Positions 54,436-64,000 are shown, numbered from the stretch's first letter. The stretch is DNA of 64,000 nucleotides from an uncultured Planctomycetota bacterium (GCA_963823665.1 CAWGMQ010000003.1:352001-416000), one strand, 5' to 3'. Made by a program: numbers and translations. The notes: generated by a model not told the origin, from the letters alone.

Positions 54436-54772
54436 TTTACACCAGTGTACGGATGCTGGAAGACCTCCAGATATTGCCACTTATTGCCATTTTTCGAGGG
54501 ACTCGACGATTGCTTCCGGCCGAAGCGGTTGCTCTCCAAGTCCAATGGGCATCATCGAATAGGAACAGATCGAGGTTTTTTTCGATGATGGCAAGAGCTC
54601 ATGGCAATGGTCCCTGAAAATTGCCAACGTCACTCGAGGAGGTTGTTCACTATGTTTTTGGACCCTTTTTCCAAGCGAATTCGAGCGGAGATCGGCGCTG
54701 CCTTGGGGGCGCGGACTTCCCTGCGCGCGACCCCATCCACCGCCGGCTGCCCAAGGGAGGGAGGAATGCCCG
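54436..54772 (+). repeat. Long degenerate repeat, copy A
   Basis: Aligns with 56569-57112 once the MITE is removed; shared blocks TTTACAC(C/T)AGTGTACGGATGCTGGAAG, TCGACGATTGCTTC, CAATGGGCATCATCGAAT, TGTTCACTATGTTTTTGG, GGGAGGAATGCCC. Confidence 0.85.
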
Positions 54773-55191
54773 TTCGCGAAGCGAAGGGCGATGTTCTCGG
54801 CCGGCGGCTCAAGCACAGATTTGATTGGATGGACTCACGCGTCGCGGCGCGGACGTGCCGGTTGACGCCCGCCGGCCGCTTCGGTGAATGTCGCCAACGA
54901 GACCAGAGGCTCGCGGACTGAACGGACAGTTTGGATGGGGGAATCGCGTCGGGTGTTTTTTCCCCGTTTTTTGGCCGCGGCGCGCGCAAACGTGGAGTTT
55001 CGATCGAGCTGATCGTTGCATCCGTTGCGACGTGAAAAAAATCTCAGGATTTCTGGTCGACGAAATCGCCAAATCCGGGAAACCCGTCGCATAATCTATA
55101 TAGGTCGATCTCGATCGCCGACATTGGAGTCGGCGCGAGGGACCACCCATGTCTCTGGAACCGGAACGGAAAACCAGGGCGGTGCCTCGGG

Positions 55192-55392
55192 AACCCAGGG
55201 CGAGTGCCCTCGGGCTTTGTTGTTTTGGCCTTTCAGGCCGGATGGTGGGCTGTGCGGGATGAAATGGCCTCGAATTTTGAGCTGTGCCGAGCGTGGGACG
55301 GGGCTGGACCACGGGGAGTGGGAGTTTACACGCGGTGGTCGGAGGGATCGCCGCGCAGGAGCCGTGGCGTTTGGAGCTTCGCCTCGCGGGAT
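55192..55392 (+). repeat. About 200-bp degenerate direct repeat (second copy 55618-55816) starting with a REP-like hairpin
   Basis: Shared AACCCAGGGCGAGTGCCCT(C)GGGCT, TGTTGTTTTGGC..TTCAGGCCGG, TTTGAGCTGTGCCGAGCGTGGGACG. Confidence 0.8.
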
Positions 55393-56515
55393 CAGAATCG
55401 GCGCTGCAGTTCAGGTCCGGCTGCGACAGAAACGCCAATCCCGTGGGTCGCAAAATGTGACGAACGAACCCAAGACAGCTCAGGTGGCTGGAAATGCGTA
55501 ACTTGGAATTGGAGTGAAGGTTGGATCACGAAAACACCCATGAACGGTGACTTGACAACGTGGCTGAAAAGCGCGAACGAACTCAAGCTCGGCCGATTGG
55601 AGGGGCTGCCCGAAGGAAACCCAGGGCGAGTGCCCTGGGCTGTGTTGTTTTGGCGGTTCAGGCCGGTTGGCGGACCGTGCAGCATGAACTGCCACCGAGT
55701 TTGAGCTGTGCCGAGCGTGGGACGAGGGTGGCCGGCGGTGAGGATGAGATTTCACCCGGAGGAGCAAGCGATCGTCGAGCGGCGCTGGTGGCGTTATCCT
55801 CTCTGTTTCTCGGGATTTCCGTGCTGGTTCGGGGCGTTTCGGCCTGCCACGTCACGGGGCTATCAACGGCAATACGCGTGAGACTTTTTTGGGGTCAGGA
55901 GTCCCATTTCGTCCCATCTTGTCCCATCCACCGATACTGATTGGAAATGCGCTGCAATGGCTCGGGGGTTTGACGCAAAGTGCAGGAGGGCACGATGATC
56001 TTGCGCCGGTAGACTGGGTGGAAGAAGCAGGGGAGGAGTCGGACGTGATGTTCAACGGCGGAGGACGGGCATGATGGCAGAGTCGCACAAAGAACTAAAC
56101 CACAGGGCACTCGGAGGTCACGGAGACAAGGCATGACGTGCAGTCGATCACCTCTGTGCCCGATGCCGACATCACCCGTCTGCGCGCCCCCTCCACCGCC
56201 GCCTGCGGCGGCAAGTCCCCAACAAGGGCGGTAGGAATACACGGCGGCGCGCGCATATAGAATGAATTTTTACGTTAATCGATCTGATCGCTGGAACCCG
56301 GAATCTTTCTGGAAATCTCCCGTTCGACCGTGCCACGAATCCGCAAGGTCGTCACATATTGTACATGAGGGCGTGCGCGGCGCGGCGGCGGAATCTTGCA
56401 GCCGGCGCGAGCCGGCTGAAGGAACCACTCGGGTCATGTTCTGAAGGCACCCCGCAATGTCCGGAGGAATTTCCTTGACGGCGGATCGGGTTCTTAGAGT
56501 CGGAACGCGACATGA

Positions 56516-56551
56516 GATTATGATTAGGATTAGGATTAGGATTAGGAATAA
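56516..56551 (+). repeat. Hexanucleotide microsatellite (GATTAG)4 with degenerate flanking units
   Basis: GATTAT GATTAG GATTAG GATTAG GATTAG GAATAA. Confidence 0.85.
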
Positions 56552-56568
56552 GATCGGGATGCCGCGGG

Positions 56569-57112
56569 TTTACACTAGTGTACGGATGCTGGAAGGCCGT
56601 CGAACCACTGCCACTTTTTGCCATTTTTTCGGCGTGGTTCAAGCGCGGGTAACACTCCTCGACGCCATTCGAGGCGCAACCGGCCCGCCGGTCCCTTCGT
56701 AGGGTGGGTGTAACCCACCATCCCATATCGTATTACGACCGGTGGGTTGCACCCGCCCTACGTACTGCCGCTCATTAACGGTGTTACCTTAGCGTCGCGT
56801 CCGTTGAACCACGCCATTTTTTCGAGGGGTTCGACGATTGCTTCGGGTGGAGTTGTTTTCTGCAAGTTCAATGGGCATCATCGAATCGGAGCAGTGCGAG
56901 GCGTTCTTCGGCGATGGCAAAAGCTCGTGGCATATGCCACCCAAAACTGCCACGGCGAATCGATGGCGCTGTTCACTATGTTTTTGGTCCTTTTTTTTTA
57001 CGGCACTCGAAGGGAGACTCGCGCCGCCTGGAGGGCGCGGTCTTCCCTGGGCGGAGGCCCCCCACCGCCGCCGCCGCCGGCACCTCCCCCGCATCGGCGG
57101 GAGGAATGCCCA
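56569..57112 (+). repeat. Long degenerate repeat, copy B (interrupted by a MITE)
   Basis: See copy A at 54436-54772. Confidence 0.85.
56631..56815. mobile_element. 185-bp MITE carrying an internal REP doublet
   Basis: Perfect 12-bp TIRs GGCGTGGTTCAA / TTGAACCACGCC; 8-bp flanking direct repeat ATTTTTTC (56623-56630, 56816-56823); empty site visible in copy A. Confidence 0.85.
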
Positions 57113-57508
57113 TGTCGCCTGCGGCGGCACCTCCCCTGTGCGCCTGGTCCCCCACCGCCGCCGCCGGCCACCTCACGCCTGCCCACCCCCCCACTGCCGC
57201 CGAGGGCGGCACCTCCCCCACGGTGGGGAGGAATGCTTTCAAAGCGTATTGAACTGGCAACTCTTAAGCAAATACTTCACCTGAAAAGAGCAGTTAACCA
57301 GCTATCGCGATTGAATTTGCGATTTTCACACAAAACGAAAAATGTGATCGAGAGATGGGCGAGGGCGAAAACCTGTCGCATTATATAATAGGGGCCCGGT
57401 GCGGGCATGGTGGTCGAGTCACCGTTGGGCTGCGCAGGCACGCGCCTGCACGCCCCCCCACCGCCGCCTGTGGCGGCACCTCCGCCGCGGTGTGGGAGAG
57501 GAATGCCT
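57058..57508 (+). repeat. Cluster of REP-like units CCCCCCACCGCCGCC...GGCGGCACCTCCCC...GGAGGAATGC
   Basis: Units near 57058-57110, 57148-57237 and 57453-57508; related copies near 53695, 54741 and 56187. Confidence 0.7.
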
Positions 57509-57995
57509 TTGGGCGCGGGGCCGGTGAGGCAGCGCGACACTGACCGTAGCCTGGGTAACCATGCTGGTTGGTCCGGGGCTCGACTCTCACTTCCTCTCAT
57601 CTCGTCGCATTCATTACCACGGCGCGAGCCGATTTTTTCCAATCGTCATTCCCGATGAGCGTCATTCGGTCCCTTGACCTCAGGACTCGATCGCGTCGTT
57701 TACCTCTGCGCAACGGGTGCGCCCGGGTGGCTGCGCGCCGGGCTGGGAACCGCGAGCGGGGGATCGAAAGAGCCCTGCGTTTTGCTATCAAAAGTTATCA
57801 TTTTGCTCCATGGTCGTGGAACCTGAAACATGGACGAAAGCGCAAGTCGCTCTTGCACTAGTGCGGAGCGAGCCAACCCAAGCGCAGGCGCAGAGCGCCT
57901 TGGCGTCTGGCTCGCGTCGGTCCGTGATTGAATCGATGGCACACCGCCGACGTGTCATCGCTCGCCCTCGAGATCCGGCAATTTCACAGACTGAC

Positions 57996-59942
57996 TCAAG
58001 CGCTGCTCTGGGCCAGAACAGGCTCTCGCGATCCGGCTGTGTACTTGTGCCGCCGGCGCGATGCTTCGACCTTTCGCGGCGGCCGGGGCGGGCGCCTGGG
58101 CCGCTCGGGCATGCGGCCGATTGAGCGGTTGAATGTGGCGAGCGTCAGGCCCAGGAACAGGAATGCGACTCCGATTGTGAGCAAGAGGACGATCACATGT
58201 CCAACGTAAAATGCATACCGGTTGAGCGCGCCAGCCCATTGCACCGACAGGTACGGCGTGATCTGGGCGGCGAGCGGGCAGATGCTGGCCTCGATCATCG
58301 CGCAGAACTGCATCGCGTCCTGGTCGTCCTGGCGGACGAGCCCGACCCAGGAGAGTATGCTCGGGACGATTCCTTCCTCGAGCAACATGGGCCAGCCAAA
58401 GGCGATGAGCGCGTAGGCGGCCACGCTTGCGGCGATCGCCCGACCCACGCGCGGTATCCACGTGGCGAGGGCGAGGCCGAAGCTCGCCACGGCCGCTCCC
58501 TGGGCGAGGAAGAAGGCCGTGGGCAGGCAGGCGAAGGCAAGTCGATCGATCCATCCCATGGGATCATGCGGTTGCCTGATCCGGGTGAATTCAACAGGGA
58601 TCACGGGATATGTGAATCCCACGATGAGGGCTCCAATGGCCGGGAGCAGGGCCAGAGCCGGCACGACGCGATAGGCTCCCCACCACTTCGCCAGGACGAT
58701 TCGATCGGTGGGAAGAGGAGTTGTCATGAGCACATCGAGGCTGCCACGCGTGCGCTCTTCGGCCAGCGCGGTCGGTGCGTAAATGGTCACGAGCAGCAGA
58801 CCGAATGTGACCTGCACGCCGCTCAGGAGCCCGACGGTGTCTGGGTCGAAGTCGTCGCTGGAGACGGCGAGCAGGACGCTCCAAGCCGTGCCGGCCACGG
58901 CCAGCGCGAGATAGCAGCCCCACATGATTCTGGCCAGCCTGGACGGGCGGCCGCGCCGCCATTCGCGCCAGAGGACCGGGTCGTTGTCGAGCGATGGGGT
59001 TCGGCGCCTGGCCTCGAGCCAGGCGCGAGCGCGGGAAATCAAGCGGAATACGCTGGTCGCGCGTGCTGTTGTCAACAGACGCACTCTCGCGGAGCGAAAG
59101 GCGACTATCGGCCTGGTCGTGCGAGCTGCGGTTCCTTTGGTCGTCTCGGCCCTGAGGCGAAGCACGGAGTACGCGATCAGTGCCGCCGACAAGACGATGG
59201 CTGCGGCGAGCACGAGGGCATAAAACTCGATCCCCAGGCCCCACGACGAGTCGTATGGCGCCCAGGCCAGAACGAAAGGATTGATGTTCATGTACCAGTT
59301 GGGTGGGCCGGGGAGGCCCCCGACATCTTCCAGAAGGGACCAGACGACTGGGCCGAGGATCCAGAGGGCCTCGATCCCGTACACAGCCATCAGGACCTCG
59401 TGCACTTTTGTTGCGCGGACGGAGATCGCCAGCGCGAGCGCGCACACGAGGAATGCGAGCACGAACGTGATCAGCGTGAGTGTGGCGATCGCCTCGATGA
59501 TGATTCCACCCAGGAGCCCGGCAAGTGCCAGCACTGGCACCGTGGCGCCGACCAGGGCAAAGACCGGAAGGAGCCGCGCGGCCAGCTTGCCGAGCACGAT
59601 CTCGGAGTCGGCGAGATCGGTAACCAGCATGTGGGTGAGCGTTCCGCCCGCACGATCGACGCAGATCGCACCGGCAGTCGCCGCCGGCGCGACGAGGAGG
59701 ACCAAGACGAGCTGTACTGTCGCGATGCTGTAGTAGAACGATTCACCGAGCGTTGCCAGCAATCGGATCGAGCCGCTCCCTGCGGGCCCGCCAATCGCAT
59801 TGACCACGCTGTAGAGGACCACTGCAAGTGCGAGCAGAAGCCCGAGCACGAACAGCGAACGCACGGCGTAGAGTTGCCAGCGCCTGGTGGCGGCGACGGA
59901 CTCATGAATGAAAACGGGCCCAGGCCCGAAGTGAAGCGGCAT
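57996..59942 (-). CDS. ABC-2-type permease-like membrane protein with two permease halves (planctomycete type)
   Basis: GPGPVFIHE, APAATAGAICVDRAGGTLTHMLVTDL...IVLGKLAAR; second half ALAEERTRGSLDVLMTTPL...IVLAKW; AAGGAGG RBS. Confidence 0.85.
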   Translation of the reverse strand: MPLHFGPGPVFIHESVAATRRWQLYAVRSLFVLGLLLALAVVLYSVVNAIGGPAGSGSIRLLATLGESFYYSIATVQLVLVLLVAPAATAGAICVDRAGGTLTHMLVTDLADSEIVLGKLAARLLPVFALVGATVPVLALAGLLGGIIIEAIATLTLITFVLAFLVCALALAISVRATKVHEVLMAVYGIEALWILGPVVWSLLEDVGGLPGPPNWYMNINPFVLAWAPYDSSWGLGIEFYALVLAAAIVLSAALIAYSVLRLRAETTKGTAARTTRPIVAFRSARVRLLTTARATSVFRLISRARAWLEARRRTPSLDNDPVLWREWRRGRPSRLARIMWGCYLALAVAGTAWSVLLAVSSDDFDPDTVGLLSGVQVTFGLLLVTIYAPTALAEERTRGSLDVLMTTPLPTDRIVLAKWWGAYRVVPALALLPAIGALIVGFTYPVIPVEFTRIRQPHDPMGWIDRLAFACLPTAFFLAQGAAVASFGLALATWIPRVGRAIAASVAAYALIAFGWPMLLEEGIVPSILSWVGLVRQDDQDAMQFCAMIEASICPLAAQITPYLSVQWAGALNRYAFYVGHVIVLLLTIGVAFLFLGLTLATFNRSIGRMPERPRRPPRPPRKVEASRRRHKYTAGSREPVLAQSSA

Positions 59943-60273
59943 CGGCGACCTCCTTGCGGCGATGCGCACCTTCTCGCTCTCCGGTCGAGGAGCGCATAGA
60001 CAATATGATTACGAGACCGACCACCCCTGACAAGCTTGCACGGCTCGACTCGCAATTTTGTTCAACCGCTCAATGAAAGATTCCGGGCTCTGGGGCCGTA
60101 TCTGTAAGAGCTGCGTGGCGAGCGGACTCCGAGAGTCAAGATCGAGATTTGAAACCCCTTTATTGAATGACTACGGTCCATTGCTGCACCCAAGACCGCG
60201 CGTTAGGATCGGACGACTGCCAAATGTGTGACACCAGGGCACTGAGGCAACGACGCACTTCTGGAGGGTATCG

Positions 60274-63200
60274 ATGAGCGATTTACAGCCGAACGGCTCG
60301 CAATCGTCATCGAACATGCCTCTGACGTATGTCGTCGATTTGTGCGAGCGGTTCGAGATCGAATGGCGAGGCGGTGGGACGCCGCGGATCGAGACGTATC
60401 TCGAAGGCATTCCGCCGGGGGAGCGCGAGAGGCTGCTGCGCGAGCTGCTGGCGGTGGAGGTGGAGCTGCGGATTTCTCAGGGCGAGAATCCGACTCCGGA
60501 AAAGCTCCGCGTGCGTTATCCGGACTGGGGCCATGCGATCACGATCGCCCTGGAGCGCGGTCGCCAGGCGGCGGAGGCGGCACGGGAGGGGATGGAGCGA
60601 CCGGCCGGCGTGAGGAACGACGGCAATGCGCTTGGTCCAACGCGGAGACTTTCCTCGAGCGGCATCGATCACGCCGACGTGACGGTTGGCTCGGTATGCT
60701 GGCCCGATGCCGGCTCAAGCGGCGGCGGGATCGGTTCCAGGCCGTCGCGGCTCGGGCGGTACGAGGTGATCAGCGAGCTGGGTCGAGGCGGATTCGGCAC
60801 GGTGTATCTCGGACGCGACGGCGAGCTTTCGCGGCCGGTGGCGATCAAGGTGCCGCGGCGGGGGCTGCTGCGCTCGACGGAGCAAGTCGATTCATTTCTC
60901 GCTGAGGCACGAAACGCAGCAGGCTTGTGCCATCCCGCGATCGTGGCGGTGCACGACGTGGGTCGATTCGATGACTTCGGGGTTTTCGTTGTCTTCGAGT
61001 TTGTCGAGGGGCGTAACCTTGCCGAAATACTGGGCTCGGAGCGGTTGTCACCGAGTCAGATCGCGGGGCTCTTGATTCCGATCGCGGAGGCGGCCCACCA
61101 TGCGCATCGGGCCGGTCTGGTCCATCGCGACCTGAAGCCGTCGAACATCCTGATCGATGCGGCCGGCGGGCCGCACATCACCGACTTCGGGCTGGCGATT
61201 CGCGAGGACTTGCAGGATTTGCGGGTGGGCGAGATTGCGGGGACACCGCATTTCATGGCACCGGAGCAGGTGCGAGGCGAGACGCATCGACTGGACGGCC
61301 GGACCGACGTCTGGGCCATCGGGGTGATGCTCTACCGCGCGCTCCTCGACCGTCAACCGTTCGGGGGCCGGGATTACAACGAGATTTTTGACGAGATTCT
61401 GCATCGCGACCCCAAGCCTCCCCGGCAGATCAACGACCGGATTCCGCGCGAGCTGGAGCGGATCTGTCTCAAGTGTCTTGCCAAGCGAATGGCCGATCGC
61501 CACGAAACGGCCGCTGACCTTGCCGACGATCTCCGCCGCTGGGCGACCGCGGAGGCATCAACCGACGCATTTTCCAAGACGCCGCATGTGACCGACGTGA
61601 CTGCGCGGGGCACTTCGATTTCGCGGGTGGTTCCCAAGGGGCTGCGCACGTTCGAGGTCGAGGATGCCGATTTCTTCCTCAAGCTGGTGCCGGGCCCGCG
61701 CGACTGCGACGGCGTGCCGGAGGTGATTCGCGGCTGGAAGCGGCGGATCGAGGAGCGCGACCTATCCCGCACGTTTTCGGTAGGTCTGCTTTACGGCCCG
61801 TCCGGCAGCGGCAAATCATCGTTGCTCAAGGCGGGGGTGATTCCTCGGCTCTCGCGTCATGTTCGTCCGGTGTATGTCTCGGCATCCGCGAGCGGGACTG
61901 AAATGCGCATCCGGGCCGCTCTGGACGGTGAAGCGGGCATCCTGCCGGCTGGCGGCGAGCTTGATCTGGCCATTGCCGCGCTGCGGGAGCGTGGGGCAAG
62001 GCAGCGTGGCTCGAAGGTGCTTCTGGTGCTGGACCAGTTCGAGCAGTGGCTGCAGAGCCACCCGGACGATCTCGACGGAGAGCTGGTGCGTGCGCTGCGG
62101 CAATGCGATGGACTCTGCTGCCAGGCGATCTTGCTCGTGCGCGACGACTTCTGGATGGCGACGACCCGATTCTTCCAGGCGCTTGATGTGCGGCTGCTGG
62201 AAGGGGTGAACTCGGCGCCGGTGGAGCTGTTCGACCTGCAGCACGCCGGTGTTGTGCTGGGTGAGCTTGGTAAAGCGCTCGGCCGCGTCAAGGAGGGGCC
62301 GATCGTGCCGGGCTCGGAAGAAGCGCGGTTCATCGAGAGGGCGGTGAACGAGCTGGCGGGGCCGGATGGCCGGGTGATCCCGGTGCGTCTGGTGCTGTTT
62401 GCGGAAATGGTGCGGCACCGCGACTGGAAAACGCGGACGCTGCGTGAGCTTGGGGGGATGAAAGGAATCGGCGAGATCTTTCTGGAGGAGAGCTTCTCGG
62501 CGCGGTCGGCCCCGCTGCCTCATCGCGTTCACCAGCGGGCTGCGCAGGCGGTTCTTCAGGCGCTCTTGCCGGATTCTCGATCGGACATCCGCGATCAAAT
62601 CAAGCCGGTGGCGCTGCTGCGCGAGGCGTCGGGGTACGCCAACCGGCCCAGCGATTTCGACGAGCTCATGTACATCCTCGACAACGAGCTGCGGATGGTG
62701 ACGCCCGTTGATCCAATGTCGCAAAGCGGCGAGATCGATGGTGCGCCTGGACGCAGGGGAGGGACTTACTATCAGCTCACGCACGACTACCTGGTGCCGT
62801 CGCTCCGCCAGTGGCTTTCGCGCAAGCAGCGCCAGACAAGGCGCGGCCGGGCGGAGCTGCAGCTTGCCTCGACGACGGCGCTATGGTGTGACCGGCCCGA
62901 CTCGCGCCGGCTGCCGTCGTTCGTGGAGTGGCTCGAGATCCTGGCCTTTACCCGGGCGCGGACCTGGACCACGTTCGAGCGGCGGATGATGAAGCAGGCG
63001 ATGCGGCACTTTGTGGTTCGCGCGGCGGCGGCACTCCTACTGGCGTTCGTGGGTGTTTATGCGATCACGACGATGCTGGCCCGGGAGCGAGCGCATTCTG
63101 CCCTGAAAGCGGCGCTGCTGGCTGGCGAGGCGGACTTGCCGCGATCACTTGCCGACTTGCGTTACCATAGCGACACGCTGCGGCCGAATCTGGAACGACT

Positions 63201-64000
63201 CGAGGCCAGTGGCGGCGCGTCTGTACGGGAACGGCAGATCGCCGCACTTGCGCTCTACCGCGATCGCCCGAGCGCCAATCGCGCTCGATTCCTGTCGGAA
63301 TGTCTTCTGCGGGCGGAACCCGACCTGACGAAAGTGATCGGCGATGCCCTTGCCGAGCACCCGGCGGAAGCCGGCATCGAGAAGCTGCGCGGCGTGGTGC
63401 TCGATGAAGCGTCAGAGCCGGGGGCGCGGCTCCGGAGCGCTTGCGCGCTGGCCAAGCTCGAGAGCGGAGCCGCGGAAGGGCTTTTGCCGAGTGCGGAATC
63501 GCTGGCGGAAGCGCTCATGAACGAGCCGCCCCAGAACCTGGCAAGCTGGATCGCGCTGCTGGGCCCCGTTTCCCCGAGCCTCGAACCCCCGTTGCGGAAG
63601 ATCTGTTGCGACCCGGGCCGCGACGTGCGTGCTCAATCGAGTGCGGCCGAGGTGCTGGCGGTGCAGTTGCACGGCGAGAAAGAGCAGGCGATGCTGGCCC
63701 GTTTGACAGCCGACGCGACGCCCGTCGCGTCGCGAGTGTTGCTTTCAGAGCTGGTGCGGTCTGGACCGTCAGCCCAGTCGATCGACGTGCTGCGAAACGT
63801 GCTGGACGAGCGGCTCGCCGATATTGAGGATGAGGCCGGCAAGGAATCGCTGGCGAGCCGCCAGGCCTCCGCCGGGATCGCGCTGGCCGCACTCGGACGG
63901 CCCGAGCTGCTCGGCGAGTTGCTCCGGCACCGAAGCGACCCGCGATTGCGATCGATGTTGATCGAGCGCCTCTCCGGCGGCGCGCTCGGCGCGAGGGTCC
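60274..64000 (+). CDS. Ser/Thr protein kinase + STAND-type NTPase + helical repeats (partial, runs off the right edge)
   Basis: Read by hand: ELGRGGFGTVY, VAIKVP, HRDLKPSN, TDFGLA, GTPHFMAPEQ; then GPSGSGKSSLLKAG and LVLDQFEQ; frame still open at 64000. Confidence 0.92.
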   Translation, partial: MSDLQPNGSQSSSNMPLTYVVDLCERFEIEWRGGGTPRIETYLEGIPPGERERLLRELLAVEVELRISQGENPTPEKLRVRYPDWGHAITIALERGRQAAEAAREGMERPAGVRNDGNALGPTRRLSSSGIDHADVTVGSVCWPDAGSSGGGIGSRPSRLGRYEVISELGRGGFGTVYLGRDGELSRPVAIKVPRRGLLRSTEQVDSFLAEARNAAGLCHPAIVAVHDVGRFDDFGVFVVFEFVEGRNLAEILGSERLSPSQIAGLLIPIAEAAHHAHRAGLVHRDLKPSNILIDAAGGPHITDFGLAIREDLQDLRVGEIAGTPHFMAPEQVRGETHRLDGRTDVWAIGVMLYRALLDRQPFGGRDYNEIFDEILHRDPKPPRQINDRIPRELERICLKCLAKRMADRHETAADLADDLRRWATAEASTDAFSKTPHVTDVTARGTSISRVVPKGLRTFEVEDADFFLKLVPGPRDCDGVPEVIRGWKRRIEERDLSRTFSVGLLYGPSGSGKSSLLKAGVIPRLSRHVRPVYVSASASGTEMRIRAALDGEAGILPAGGELDLAIAALRERGARQRGSKVLLVLDQFEQWLQSHPDDLDGELVRALRQCDGLCCQAILLVRDDFWMATTRFFQALDVRLLEGVNSAPVELFDLQHAGVVLGELGKALGRVKEGPIVPGSEEARFIERAVNELAGPDGRVIPVRLVLFAEMVRHRDWKTRTLRELGGMKGIGEIFLEESFSARSAPLPHRVHQRAAQAVLQALLPDSRSDIRDQIKPVALLREASGYANRPSDFDELMYILDNELRMVTPVDPMSQSGEIDGAPGRRGGTYYQLTHDYLVPSLRQWLSRKQRQTRRGRAELQLASTTALWCDRPDSRRLPSFVEWLEILAFTRARTWTTFERRMMKQAMRHFVVRAAAALLLAFVGVYAITTMLARERAHSALKAALLAGEADLPRSLADLRYHSDTLRPNLERLEASGGASVRERQIAALALYRDRPSANRARFLSECLLRAEPDLTKVIGDALAEHPAEAGIEKLRGVVLDEASEPGARLRSACALAKLESGAAEGLLPSAESLAEALMNEPPQNLASWIALLGPVSPSLEPPLRKICCDPGRDVRAQSSAAEVLAVQLHGEKEQAMLARLTADATPVASRVLLSELVRSGPSAQSIDVLRNVLDERLADIEDEAGKESLASRQASAGIALAALGRPELLGELLRHRSDPRLRSMLIERLSGGALGARV

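Noticed and set aside
56516..56551. (GATTAG)n as a telomere-like or phase-variation tract
   Set aside because: Only four perfect units, internal to the sequence and not within a recognisable gene or promoter spacer
53299..57995. CRISPR array, tRNA or integron attC array in the repeat-rich region
   Set aside because: No constant-length repeat with regular unique spacers, no cloverleaf, and no cas or integrase genes
58197..59999. Long antisense ORFs (58197-59999 +, 9491-10837 +, 28299-29711 -, 40555-41973 +)
   Set aside because: Shadow frames of well-supported genes in GC-rich DNA, with no motifs of their own

Overview
GC-rich bacterial DNA. The gene families point to a planctomycete, probably Isosphaeraceae-like (inference from the kinase-STAND protein, ECF sigma factors, RF(T/S)xRxxM small membrane proteins and the REP repertoire). 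Many genes carry single-base indels that look like long-read consensus errors, so several CDS boundaries are reconstructed across frames. 1-27 kb: end of a methylmalonyl-CoA mutase cluster, DUF2252, PEP-mutase-like enzyme, TetR, two TPR paralogues, flavin oxidoreductases, a YfhO-like membrane protein, a degenerate sigma54 activator preceded by a candidate small RNA/attenuator, an ECF pair, FGE-like protein and DUF885. 27.5-38.1 kb: TetR-controlled RND operon whose adaptor is a tandem fusion of two MFP modules, followed by two RND permeases. 39.8-50.5 kb: a co-directional minus-strand cluster (hypothetical, Gly/Pro/Thr/Cys-rich protein, atypical IscU-like protein, TPR-GT4, five-domain GT-methyltransferase-GT2-GT2-TPR). 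It is cut by an IS66 lacking a target duplication and is the best candidate for an undescribed system (protein glycosylation). 53.3-58 kb: an apparently non-coding stretch of duplicated elements, REPs and a MITE that carries a REP doublet. The window ends in an ABC-2-type permease and a Ser/Thr kinase-STAND NTPase. No rRNA, tRNA or CRISPR array was recognised.
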